Shown piece by piece: positions 29,750-40,456 of a DNA stretch of 64,000 nucleotides. Position 1 is the stretch's first letter. The number at the start of each line of letters is the position of its first letter. The notes below the pieces were generated by a model that was given only the letters and a program-made list of their open reading frames with translations, had not been told where the DNA came from and ran no database searches. The DNA is from Mycobacterium sp. (GTDB taxonomy: Bacteria; Actinomycetota; Actinomycetes; Mycobacteriales; Mycobacteriaceae). The stretch lies in assembly GCA_040509115.1 (NCBI GenBank), contig JBEVLO010000095.1; one strand, written 5' to 3'. Made by a program: the position numbers and the translations under genes.

Positions 29750-30181
29750 ATGCCTTCAGTGTCACGAACCTTCAACGTCGCCGTCCCCCCGGACCGCGTC
29801 ATCGACTACCTCAAGGACTTCGGCAACGCCGAAGAGTGGGATCCCGGCACGGAGTCATGTACCCGTGAGGGCAGCGGTCCCATCGACGTCGGGGCTTCCT
29901 GGCGCAACGTGTCCAAGATCTTCGGAGTGACCGCCAAGCTCACCTACACCCTGGACAAGCTGAGCAACCGCACGCTGGTCTTCGTCGGCAAGAACGACTC
30001 GTCGACGTCCGTCGACACCATCACGGTCGACGCCTCTGGTGCGGGATCGGTCATCACGTATGAGGCCGATCTGGAGATGCATGGCGCTGCCAAGCTGATC
30101 AGCCCTGCCATGAAACTCGTCTTCGAGAAGCTCGCCAACGACACCGAGAAGCAGATGACGACGGTCCTCAACGGCCTCTAG
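29750..30181 (+). CDS. SRPBCC family protein
   Basis: 'DYLKDFGNAEEWDPG' START-fold pattern. Confidence 0.8.
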   Translation: MPSVSRTFNVAVPPDRVIDYLKDFGNAEEWDPGTESCTREGSGPIDVGASWRNVSKIFGVTAKLTYTLDKLSNRTLVFVGKNDSSTSVDTITVDASGAGSVITYEADLEMHGAAKLISPAMKLVFEKLANDTEKQMTTVLNGL

Positions 30182-31500
30182 GGGCGCGGCGGCGCCACTC
30201 GGTAAATGGCGTCCGCGTAGTCGTCGGTGACGTACAGCGCGCCGTCGGGACCCGTCACCGCGGCGACCGGCCTGCCCCACCGAGAGCCGTCGTCGGCCTG
30301 GAAACCGCCGACCAGTGTCTGCTGATCTCCGAGACCACCGTTCTGCCACGGGAAGAACGACACCTCGGGGGCGCGCGGCGGCTGACGGTTCCACGAACCG
30401 TGCACACCGACCAGGGCACCGCTCGCATACGGCGCGGGCAGTGCTCCGTCGTCGAAACTCAAGCCAAGCGGGGCCGAGTGCGCACCCATGCTCTGCTCGA
30501 TGGCGGGGAGCGCCGCGCAGTCGAGCCGACTGCCGTCGGCGTTGGTCTGCACGTCGCGGATCAGCGGTAGATTGGCTGGTCCGCCGTCCGGATTGCAGTA
30601 GGGCCAACCCAATTCGCGACCCGGGGTCAACTTCGCGAGGGACTCCGGGGGGTTCTCGTCGACGTAATCGGGAACCACCTGGCCGTAGCTTGGCCCCTCG
30701 TCGGCGACCGCGACGTTGTCGCGGTTGTTGACGGCGGTCCACACCGAGCCGTCGGGGGCGACCGCCAGGCCGGTGCCGTTGCGGACACCCGTGGCGAACG
30801 GCTGGTACGGTCCGCCGCCGGGCGGGATCCGCATGATGGTGGCGCGCTGCGGCGTGGCGTCGCGATCCTCGGCGGAGACGTTTCCGGTCGAACCGATCGA
30901 GAAGTACACGGCGCCATCGGGTCCCACGGCGACGCTCTTCAAGGCATGCGAGTAGGCGCCGCCGAGTTCGGGGCTCCTCGCGTCGGGTAATCCGGTCGCC
31001 ACGGTGCGCGGCCGGTTCACGACGCCGTTCTCGTAGTCGAACGCCACCACCTCGTCGCTCTCGGCGATGTAGAGGGTCGAACCGGCGAAGGCCAGGCCGT
31101 GCGGTTGGTTCATGCCGTTGAGGAGCAGGAGCATCTGCGGTCCCGCGCCGGTCGGCTGCAGTTTGATGACCTGCCCGGCGCTGGGGATCGACACTAGGAG
31201 ACTGCCGTCCGGGGTCCAGGCCGCTAGTCGTGGCTTGGGCACCCGCGCCCACACCGACATGGTCCAACCGTTGGGCACCAACGCCTTTCGGGGTACGTCG
31301 AACGGCGCGGCGTTGAGATCGTCGGGAACTTGCACGGTCACCTCGACCAGACCCGCCTCCGCGGGCGGCCGCGTCGTCGTCGTCGCTGCCTCGGTCGGTG
31401 CCTGCGGAGTACTCGACGAGCACCCCGCCAGCAGAAGGACGCCGATGGCGCCGACCGCACCCGTTGCCTTGAACGCCTTACGCCGCAGCCAAACCCGCAT
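30178..31500 (-). CDS. Glucose/sorbosone dehydrogenase-family beta-propeller lipoprotein
   Basis: Lipobox 'LLAGC'; 'GVRNGTGLA', 'AHSAPLGLSF', 'GRPV..GPDGALYVTDD'. Confidence 0.8.
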   Translation of the reverse strand: MRVWLRRKAFKATGAVGAIGVLLLAGCSSSTPQAPTEAATTTTRPPAEAGLVEVTVQVPDDLNAAPFDVPRKALVPNGWTMSVWARVPKPRLAAWTPDGSLLVSIPSAGQVIKLQPTGAGPQMLLLLNGMNQPHGLAFAGSTLYIAESDEVVAFDYENGVVNRPRTVATGLPDARSPELGGAYSHALKSVAVGPDGAVYFSIGSTGNVSAEDRDATPQRATIMRIPPGGGPYQPFATGVRNGTGLAVAPDGSVWTAVNNRDNVAVADEGPSYGQVVPDYVDENPPESLAKLTPGRELGWPYCNPDGGPANLPLIRDVQTNADGSRLDCAALPAIEQSMGAHSAPLGLSFDDGALPAPYASGALVGVHGSWNRQPPRAPEVSFFPWQNGGLGDQQTLVGGFQADDGSRWGRPVAAVTGPDGALYVTDDYADAIYRVAPPRP

Positions 31501-32242
31501 GCATCTCCCAGATCAGGATTTCCGATGATTCCGTCGCGGTGACCCGTTGGCCACCGGATGCGGTGAAGCGCACCGCGTCACCTTCGTGGAGCGGGCCAGC
31601 GCCCTCCAGCACCACCTCGCCGCGGGGGACGAACAGGTGCAGATAGGGGGCCTGCGGCAGTTCGACGCTGTCGCCGGGCTGCAACCGCGCTCCACGCAGG
31701 GCTGCGTACTTGTTGCTGATGGTGATGGCGGCGTCACCCGAGTGTTCGGGCATGCCCGTGGCGATGGTCACCAGCTTGCCGCGCAACAGTTCGTCGTCGA
31801 TCTCGAGCTGCTGGTAGCCGGGGGTGATGCCCGACTCGTCGGGTACGACCCACATCTGCACGAAGTGCACGGGGTCGGCGTGTGAGCTCTCGCCCGTCAA
31901 CGTCCAGGAGTCGTTCTTCTCCGAGTGCATGATGCCGCGCCCCGCCGACATTCGCTGTGCCAGGCCGGGATAGATGACGCCCGAATGGCCGGTGGAGTCC
32001 TGGTGAACCAACGAGCCGCGCAGCACCCAGGTGACGATCTCCATGTCACGGTGGGGATGGGTGTCGAATCCCTTGCCCGGCTTGACCACGTCGTCGTTGT
32101 TGACGAGCAGCAGTCCGTGATGGGTGTTGGTGGGGTCGTAGTTACCACCGAACGAGAACGAGTGCTTCGAGTCGAGCCAGGAGATCTTGGTGCTGGCCCG
32201 GTCCTGCGCGCGTCGGATCTCGACGATGTCAGTGGTGGTCAT
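31478..32242 (-). CDS. Pirin family protein (Rv0181c-like)
   Basis: 'GFDTHPHRDMEIVTWV', 'QRMSAGRGIMHSE', 'QMW'. Confidence 0.92.
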   Translation of the reverse strand: MTTTDIVEIRRAQDRASTKISWLDSKHSFSFGGNYDPTNTHHGLLLVNNDDVVKPGKGFDTHPHRDMEIVTWVLRGSLVHQDSTGHSGVIYPGLAQRMSAGRGIMHSEKNDSWTLTGESSHADPVHFVQMWVVPDESGITPGYQQLEIDDELLRGKLVTIATGMPEHSGDAAITISNKYAALRGARLQPGDSVELPQAPYLHLFVPRGEVVLEGAGPLHEGDAVRFTASGGQRVTATESSEILIWEMHAGLAAA

Positions 32243-32304
32243 GGAAGAGCTCCTCGGGGATCATTTGCCAGCCTAGGTGGCTGTCACTGGACACGACAAC
32301 TTAA

Positions 32305-32316
32305 ATGATGTGTCAT
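32305..32316. promoter_or_regulatory. Candidate MarR operator (ATGA-tgtg-TCAT)
   Basis: Inverted repeat in the AT-rich pirin/marR divergent spacer. Confidence 0.4.
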
Positions 32317-32323
32317 ATATTCC

Positions 32324-32770
32324 ATGTGGCTGAGCGACGATCAACAGCGAGTGTGGCGCAACTACCTGGCGATGAGCGCCGGGCTGCAGATCGAGATGAA
32401 CCGCCAACTGCAGCGCGACTGCGGGCTCTCGCTGGCCGACTACGACGTGCTCGTCGCGCTGGCGGAGCTCGCGGTCTGCCGGGTCAACGAGCTCGGCGAC
32501 CGGTTGGGGTGGGAGCAGAGCAGGCTGTCGCACCAGCTGCGACGGATGCGTTCCCGCGGGCTCGTCGAACGTCGCGGCGCGGACGACGACCGCAGGGGGG
32601 CCACGGTCGAGCTGACCGACGCGGGACGGTCCGCGCTGGAGTCGTCGGCGCAGGGTCACGTCGAGCTGGTGCGCACCGTCGTGTTCGACGGGGTGAGTGC
32701 AGCCCAACTGCGCGCGTTGGACGGTTGGACGTCGCAGGTCCTGGCACGGCTCGGGGAGGGCTCTGCTTAA
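32324..32770 (+). CDS. MarR-family regulator
   Basis: 'LSLADYDVL', 'WEQSRLSHQLRRM', 'DRRG..VELT'. Confidence 0.9.
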   Translation: MWLSDDQQRVWRNYLAMSAGLQIEMNRQLQRDCGLSLADYDVLVALAELAVCRVNELGDRLGWEQSRLSHQLRRMRSRGLVERRGADDDRRGATVELTDAGRSALESSAQGHVELVRTVVFDGVSAAQLRALDGWTSQVLARLGEGSA

Positions 32771-32779
32771 TCTGTCAGC

Positions 32780-33556
32780 GTGGACATCAACGGAGCTAGC
32801 GCAATCGTCACCGGAGGTGCGTCGGGTATCGGCGCCGCATCTGCCCGCAAGTTGGCCGAAAGGGGAGCCAAGGTCGTCATCGCGGATCTGCAGGCAGAAC
32901 GCGGCGAGGCCCTCGCCAAGGAACTCGGGGGTGCCTTCGTCAGCGTGGACGTCACCGACACCGCGCAGATCGAGGTCGCCGTCAACGCGGCCACCGAACT
33001 CGGCCCGCTGCGGGCACTGGTCAACTCGGCAGGCATCGGGTGGGCCCAGCGCACGATCGGCAAGGACGGCGAATTCGCGTCGGCACACAACCTCGACGCC
33101 TACAAGAAAGTGCTCGCCATCAACCTGGTGGGCACCTTCGACTGCATCCGCTTGGCTGCCACGGCGATGAGCCGCAACGAGCTCACCGACACCGGCGAGC
33201 GAGGCGCGATCGTCAACATGACCAGCGTCGCGGCCTTCGACGGCCAGATCGGCCAGGCCGCCTACTCGTCGTCAAAGGGTGGCGTCGTCGGTCTGACCCT
33301 GCCGGTGGCCCGCGACCTGTCCGCGTCCGCCATCCGCGTCAACACCGTGGCGCCGGGACTCATCGACACCCCGATCTACGGCGAGGGCGAGGCGTCGGAG
33401 GCATTCAAGAAGAAGCTCGGTGAATCGGTGCTCTTCCCGCATCGCCTTGGGCAGCCCGAGGAGTTGGCGTCGATGGTCATCGAGCTGATCACCAACTCGT
33501 ACATGAACGCCGAAGTCGTCCGTGTGGACGGCGGTATCCGGATGCCGCCGAAGTAG
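32780..33556 (+). CDS. SDR oxidoreductase (3-hydroxyacyl-CoA DH type II/HSD17B10-like)
   Basis: 'TGGASGIG', 'VNSAGIG', 'YSSSKGG', '[11 protein letters not shown]'. Confidence 0.92.
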   Translation: MDINGASAIVTGGASGIGAASARKLAERGAKVVIADLQAERGEALAKELGGAFVSVDVTDTAQIEVAVNAATELGPLRALVNSAGIGWAQRTIGKDGEFASAHNLDAYKKVLAINLVGTFDCIRLAATAMSRNELTDTGERGAIVNMTSVAAFDGQIGQAAYSSSKGGVVGLTLPVARDLSASAIRVNTVAPGLIDTPIYGEGEASEAFKKKLGESVLFPHRLGQPEELASMVIELITNSYMNAEVVRVDGGIRMPPK

Positions 33557-33562
33557 CCTCGT

Positions 33563-33619
33563 CGAGTGGCCAGTTAGCGCACGCCTTTTCGCGAATTGCG
33601 TGGGATAAGTGGCCACTCG
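33563..33619. repeat. 57-bp palindromic REP-like element, left copy
   Basis: Terminal inverted repeat CGAGTGGCCA/TGGCCACTCG extending as an imperfect stem of about 22 bp. Confidence 0.8.
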
Positions 33620-33671
33620 CGCCTGTGGATAACTTGAGCACGACACGGCGGATTCGTCGCATCGTGGGCTG

Positions 33672-34553
33672 GTGACCTCCGACTGGCCCTTCCTGGGAAG
33701 TGAAGCACTGGCTCGCGGCGCCGTGAGCAGGAGGGCGCTTGGTCATGGGTATGTCCGCGTCTACCGCGACGTCTACGTGCCACGGGGTGTAGTGCTGACG
33801 GCTGCCGATCGTGCGGTCGCGGCGTGGCTGTGGTCGGGGCGGGATTCGACGATGGCGGGTCTGTCGGCCGCGGCGTTGCAGGGCGCAAAGTGGATCGACC
33901 CCGCGAGGCCCGCCGAGCTGTTCCGTCGCAACGGAAAAGCGGCCGCCGGCATTCTGATCCATCGTGACGAGCTATCCGCCGACGAGCATCGGTACATCGG
34001 CAGGATCGCCGTGTCGACGCCAGCCAGGACGGCGTTCGACCTGGGGCGGCGGCCGGGACGCACCGCAGCCGTGGTCCGGATCGACGCGCTGGCCAACGCG
34101 ACGGGTCTGCGCATGTCGACAGTTGCTGAGCTGATCGGGCGGCATCCCGGTGTCCGGGGCTTGGCGCAGCTGCGCGAGGTGATCGGGCTCGTCGACGGGG
34201 GCGCGGAATCGCCGCAGGAGACCAGAACGCGTTTGGTGCTCGTCGATGCGGGACTACCGCGGCCAGAGACCCAGATCGTGGTCGACGATTGGCGCATCGA
34301 CATGGGGTGGCGGGAGTTCAAGGTCGGTGTCGAGTATGACGGCGTACAGCATTGGACCGACCCCCGCCAGCATCAGCGCGACATCGACCGCCTTGCGGAG
34401 CTGCTGGCCAGGGGGTGGCTGATCGTGCGAGTTAGCGCCGACATGCTGCGCGCCCGCCGCGACGTGATCATGCTCAGGACCTGCCAGGCACTTCGCCAAG
34501 CCGGTGCCGAATGGCCAGTTGTCACACGTCTTTTGGCCAATTGCGTGGCGTAA
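33672..34553 (+). CDS. AbiEi-like/DUF559 (Vsr-like PD-(D/E)XK) domain protein
   Basis: 'TPARTAFDLGR', 'GAESPQETRTRL', 'RIDMGW..KVGVEYDG.QH', 'GWLIVRV'. Confidence 0.8.
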   Translation: MTSDWPFLGSEALARGAVSRRALGHGYVRVYRDVYVPRGVVLTAADRAVAAWLWSGRDSTMAGLSAAALQGAKWIDPARPAELFRRNGKAAAGILIHRDELSADEHRYIGRIAVSTPARTAFDLGRRPGRTAAVVRIDALANATGLRMSTVAELIGRHPGVRGLAQLREVIGLVDGGAESPQETRTRLVLVDAGLPRPETQIVVDDWRIDMGWREFKVGVEYDGVQHWTDPRQHQRDIDRLAELLARGWLIVRVSADMLRARRDVIMLRTCQALRQAGAEWPVVTRLLANCVA

Positions 34554-34564
34554 GTGGCCACTCA
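34508..34564. repeat. 57-bp palindromic REP-like element, right copy (direct repeat of 33563-33619)
   Basis: CGAATGGCCAGTTGTCACACGTCTTTTGGCCAATTGCGTGGCGTAAGTGGCCACTCA aligns without gaps to the left copy and encodes the ORF's last 14 codons and stop. Confidence 0.8.
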
Positions 34565-34569
34565 CCCGC

Positions 34570-35565
34570 CTACAACGAGGTGGGCAGCCCGAACTTCTCG
34601 AACAGGCCGTTGCCGACCGCGTGGAACGCGACCACGTGGGAGACCCCGCCGCGGCGCACCTCCAGCACGTGCAGCTGGAACTCCTCGTGCGCGCCCGTCT
34701 GGCGGTTGAGCATGTACAGCGCGGCGGCGGGCTGACCGTTGGCGGTGGTCTGCACGAATCGCATGTCGCCTGCGCCCTCGGCGGGGCAGTGCGTCTTGGA
34801 CAGCGTGACGATGTCCTCCGGACCCTGATACCAGCCGTCGAACGGTGGCATCTCGAAGACCGCGTCGGCAGTGAAGAGCTCGACCAGCTTGTCGATGTCG
34901 TAGGTCTCGAAGGCTGCGATGTACTTCGCCAGAAGATCCCGCGCTTCGGGCGACTCCGGCGCGGCGACGTCGTCGTCCTGGCTGGGGTGCACCGCGTCGA
35001 GTTGTGCGCGGGCCCGCTGTAGCAGGCTGTTGACCGCGGCGGTGGACAGACCCACGGCGTCCCCGACCTCGGCAGCCTTCCACTGCAGCACTTCGCGCAA
35101 CACCAGCACCGCCCGCTGGCGCGGCGACAGATGCTGTAGCGCGGCGACGAACGCCAACCGGACCGCGTCACGGGATTCGACGATCACCGACGGGTCCGAC
35201 GGGTGCTCGCGAGGGGAGTCCGGTAGCGGCTCCAGCCAGGTGATCTCGTCGTTCTGGGCGATGTCGCCCGTGGGATCGGAGCTCGGCGCCCCGAGGCCGG
35301 TGGGCAGCGGCCTGCGCTGGCGCCCGTCGAGGGCGGTGAGGCAGGTGTTGGTGGCGATCCGGTACAACCACGTCCGGATCGACGACCGGCCCTGGAACCC
35401 CTCGTAGGACTTCCAGGCGCGCAGGTACGTCTCCTGGACCAGGTCCTCCGCATCGTGAAGCGACCCCGTCATGCGATAGCAGTGCGCCATGAGTTCCCGC
35501 CGGTAACGCTGCGCATCGGCGAGGAAGGCGTCTTTCGAGTCGAAGCTCTCGGCAAGCACGCTCAC
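34570..35565 (-). CDS. sigG: ECF sigma factor SigG (sigma-70 plus SnoaL-like C-terminus)
   Basis: 'ELMAHCYRMTGSLHDAEDLVQET', 'RTWLYRIATN', 'SLLQRAR'; GTG 35565 preceded by a TAGGCT -10 box; divergent from the Rv0183 ortholog. Confidence 0.9.
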   Translation of the reverse strand: MSVLAESFDSKDAFLADAQRYRRELMAHCYRMTGSLHDAEDLVQETYLRAWKSYEGFQGRSSIRTWLYRIATNTCLTALDGRQRRPLPTGLGAPSSDPTGDIAQNDEITWLEPLPDSPREHPSDPSVIVESRDAVRLAFVAALQHLSPRQRAVLVLREVLQWKAAEVGDAVGLSTAAVNSLLQRARAQLDAVHPSQDDDVAAPESPEARDLLAKYIAAFETYDIDKLVELFTADAVFEMPPFDGWYQGPEDIVTLSKTHCPAEGAGDMRFVQTTANGQPAAALYMLNRQTGAHEEFQLHVLEVRRGGVSHVVAFHAVGNGLFEKFGLPTSL

Positions 35566-35637
35566 CTCGATGAGCCTACCCAGAGGGTCCGACAGGTGGT
35601 AGCGCCATCGCCAAGCGCGTTCAGCATGGCCCGCTAG

Positions 35638-37601
<1,964 letters not shown>

Positions 37602-37610
37602 ACTCCAGCC

Positions 37611-38543
37611 ATGACGAGAGCAGTGGTTGCGCAGAACTACGGTGGACCGGAAGTCCTTGCGCTGCAGGACATCGAGATACCCGAACTCCGTGAAGGTCAG
37701 GTGCTGGTCGACGTGCGTGCGGCGGGCACCAACCCGATCGACGTCAAGCTGTACAGCGGGGCGATGGGGCAGGACCCCGCCAGGCTACCCATGCGGTTGG
37801 GGCTGGAGGCGGCGGGCGTGGTCGCGGCGATCACCCCGGGAGCGACCGCATACACCGGTCCACTGACAGTCGGCGACGAGGTGATCGTGACCAATGTCGA
37901 CGGCACCTACGCCGACCAAATCGTGGCAACCGCCGCTGAGCTGGGACACAAGCCGGCAGCGCTGAGCTTTCCCGAGGCCGCTGGGCTGGTGCTCGCCGCG
38001 GGCACCGCGTGGCACCTGTTGACGAAGACCGGGGTGGGGACCGGTGACACCGTGCTGATCCACGGCGCCAGCGGCGGCGTCGGGCTGATGGCGGTCCAGC
38101 TCGCGGTGGCCCGCGGGGCCACGGTGATCGCCACCGCGAGTCCCGGCAGGCACGCTCAACTGCGGGAATACGGTGCCGAGCCCGTCGCGTACGGCGATGG
38201 ACTCGCCGACCGGGTGCGGGCGATCGGTCCGGTCGACGTGGCGCTCGACCTCGTCGGCACGGACGAGGCGTTGGACACGTCGGTCGAACTCGTCGCCGAC
38301 CGCGCCCGCATCGCCTCGATCGCGGGCTTCGAGCGGGGACCAGAACTGGGCATCGCGGTCTTGAGCAGTGCCGATGGTGGTCAGGAGGTCCGCGACGCGG
38401 CCCGCCCCGACATCATCGCGCTGGCTGCGGACGGCAAGCTGGTGGTGACCGTGGATCGGACCTTCCCGCTGGACGAGGCCGCCGAGGCGCATCGCTACCT
38501 GCAGACCGGGCACGCCGGCGGAAAAGTCGTACTGGTTCCCTAG
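37611..38543 (+). CDS. NADP-dependent quinone oxidoreductase (MDR family)
   Basis: 'GGPEVL', 'NPID.K', 'LIHGASGGVG', 'GKVVL'. Confidence 0.9.
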   Translation: MTRAVVAQNYGGPEVLALQDIEIPELREGQVLVDVRAAGTNPIDVKLYSGAMGQDPARLPMRLGLEAAGVVAAITPGATAYTGPLTVGDEVIVTNVDGTYADQIVATAAELGHKPAALSFPEAAGLVLAAGTAWHLLTKTGVGTGDTVLIHGASGGVGLMAVQLAVARGATVIATASPGRHAQLREYGAEPVAYGDGLADRVRAIGPVDVALDLVGTDEALDTSVELVADRARIASIAGFERGPELGIAVLSSADGGQEVRDAARPDIIALAADGKLVVTVDRTFPLDEAAEAHRYLQTGHAGGKVVLVP

Positions 38544-38554
38544 CGTGGGCATCC

Positions 38555-38656
38555 ATGAGGATCAGCGAGAAGCGAAGCGGGATTGCGCATGAGGATCAGC
38601 GAGAAGCGAAGCGGGATCGCGCATGAGGGTCAGCGAGAAGCGAAGCGGGATCGCGC
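38555..38656 (+). repeat. Tandem repeat, 3 x 34 bp (ATGAGGATCAGCGAGAAGCGAAGCGGGATCGCGC)
   Basis: Three near-identical units (one substitution each in units 1 and 3) ending exactly at the DUF2786 start ATG. Confidence 0.95.
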
Positions 38657-39406
38657 ATGACTGACGACAAGATGCTGGCGCGGATTGCCGCGTTGCTGCG
38701 CCAGGCGGAGAACACCGATAACGTCCACGAGGCCGAGGCCTTCATGACGGCGGCCCAGCGGCTCGCCACCACGACATCCATCGATCTGGCAGTCGCGAGG
38801 GCACATTCGGCGACGAGGACCGCCGCGCAGGCGCCGGTGCAACGCACCATCACCATCGGTGAGGCCGGCACGAAGGGGTTGCGGACGTACGTGCAACTGT
38901 TCGTGGCGATCGCCATGGCCAACGACGTGAAGTGTGACGTCGCATCGAACTCCACCTTCGTGTACGCGTACGGATTCGCCGAGGACATCGACGCCGGGCA
39001 TGCGCTGTACGCCAGTCTGGTGGTGCAGATGGTCAAGGCGGCCGACGCCTACCTCGCGTCCGGTGAGCATCGTCCGACGCCCACCATCACGGCGCGCCTG
39101 AACTTCCACTTGGCCTTCGGGGCGCGCGTGGGTCAGCGACTGTCCGAGGCACGCGAGGACGCCAGGCAGGCCGCGACCTCGGGCCGTGATCAGCAGCCCG
39201 GTACTGCGGTCGCGTTGCGCAACAAGGACATCGAACTCAAGAGTTTTTACCGGGAGGCGTCCAAGGCGCGCGGCACGTGGCGGGCCACCAGCGCCTCGGC
39301 GGGGTACTCGTCGGCGGCACGGCGGGCCGGTGACCGCGCAGGGCGACGCGCCAGGCTCGGTCCCAGTGCCGAATTGGCCGGGGCGCGAAAGACATTGGGT
39401 CGTTAG
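38657..39406 (+). CDS. DUF2786 domain protein (Rv0184-like)
   Basis: 'DKMLARIAALLRQAE.T...EAEAF..AAQRLAT'; synteny after the Rv0183 ortholog. Confidence 0.88.
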   Translation: MTDDKMLARIAALLRQAENTDNVHEAEAFMTAAQRLATTTSIDLAVARAHSATRTAAQAPVQRTITIGEAGTKGLRTYVQLFVAIAMANDVKCDVASNSTFVYAYGFAEDIDAGHALYASLVVQMVKAADAYLASGEHRPTPTITARLNFHLAFGARVGQRLSEAREDARQAATSGRDQQPGTAVALRNKDIELKSFYREASKARGTWRATSASAGYSSAARRAGDRAGRRARLGPSAELAGARKTLGR

Positions 39407-39627
39407 GTCGGGGCCGCGATATCCATCGCTCGAAGGCATGTGAGGCCGAGCGCGCGCTTCGTGCGCACGCTCTTCGGGGGCGGGTGAGCACGCCAACCGC
39501 AGCCTGGAGTTCTTCGGTGGCAGGCTGGCGAACCGCTGTTCGTGCGTGCGCGTCGCGGCGTCACTGCCGCGCACCACGAGGACGACGGTCCCACCGCAGG
39601 CTGCCGGACCGGCCCACCACGTGGGCG
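39407..39627 (+). pseudogene. 5' remnant of the host Rv0185-like (TIGR04338-type) metallohydrolase
   Basis: Frameshifted fragments RDIHRSKACEAE, FVRTLF, EHANRSLEFFG, VRARRGVTAAHHEDDG, PDRPTTWA, in the order recalled for Rv0185. Confidence 0.75.
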
Positions 39628-39712
39628 CCGCGCACATGGGTGGGAGCCGTCGCCCCGGAGTAGGGCGAAAACACCCTAGGAACGGGACATTTGCGCTCGT
39701 AGGGTCGAAAGC

Positions 39713-40456
39713 ATGGCTCCAGCGATGCAGCGCACAGCCCTGGTGACCGGAGCGGCCGGGGGAGTTGGACGAGCGGTCGTCGCCGAACTTCTAGGGAACG
39801 GCTACGCAGTCATCGCCGAAGACGTCGACCCGAGCGTCGAAGAGCTGGCGCAGCCAGGTGTCGTGATCCCGTTCGTTGCGGATGTCACCCGAGAGTCCTC
39901 AGCTCGGGAAGCCGTGCAGCTGGCGCGTGAGAACTTCAGCCAGCTCGACCTTCTGGTGAACAACGCAGGCCGCTATCTCAGCCGTCCGCTGCTCGAGACC
40001 ACGGTCGCTGACTTCGACCGGCTCGTCTCGGTGAACGTCAAGGGCAGCTTCGTGCACGCTCGCGAATCGATCCTCGCGCTGCGTGAGACACGCGGCGCCA
40101 TCGTGAACGTCGCATCGATGTCAGGCCTGATCGGCATGACCGGGCAAGCGGTCTACGCGATCACGAAGGGCGCGTTGGTGCAGTTCACCCGCCAGCTGGC
40201 GATCGAGCATGCGCCGGCGGGTATCCGAGTCAACGCGGTAGCGCCCGGAGCGATCGACACCCAGTTCGTTGCGAAGTCTCGCACCGAGAACCCGGATCCC
40301 GACCCCGAGGCCACGCGCGCGGCTCAGATCGCAAACCACCCGCTTGGCCGCATCTCGACGCCCGAAGAAGTCGCGCAGGCAATCGTCTGGCTGGCCCAGG
40401 CGCAAGCAATCACCGGCGCGATCCTCTCGGTCGACGGCGGATTCACGGCTCGCTGA
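39713..40456 (+). CDS. SDR oxidoreductase
   Basis: 'TGAAGGVG', 'LVNNAG', 'YAITKGA', 'RVNAVAPG', 'SVDGG'. Confidence 0.92.
   Translation: MAPAMQRTALVTGAAGGVGRAVVAELLGNGYAVIAEDVDPSVEELAQPGVVIPFVADVTRESSAREAVQLARENFSQLDLLVNNAGRYLSRPLLETTVADFDRLVSVNVKGSFVHARESILALRETRGAIVNVASMSGLIGMTGQAVYAITKGALVQFTRQLAIEHAPAGIRVNAVAPGAIDTQFVAKSRTENPDPDPEATRAAQIANHPLGRISTPEEVAQAIVWLAQAQAITGAILSVDGGFTAR

Noticed and set aside
38555-38656. Possible CRISPR array
   Set aside because: Units are directly tandem with no unique spacers, and there are no cas genes; it is a VNTR.
39628-39680. att sites or target-site duplication at the island ends
   Set aside because: Only short chance-level matches to 53640-53675 (AACACCC, TGGGTG); no convincing repeat, tRNA or integrase.
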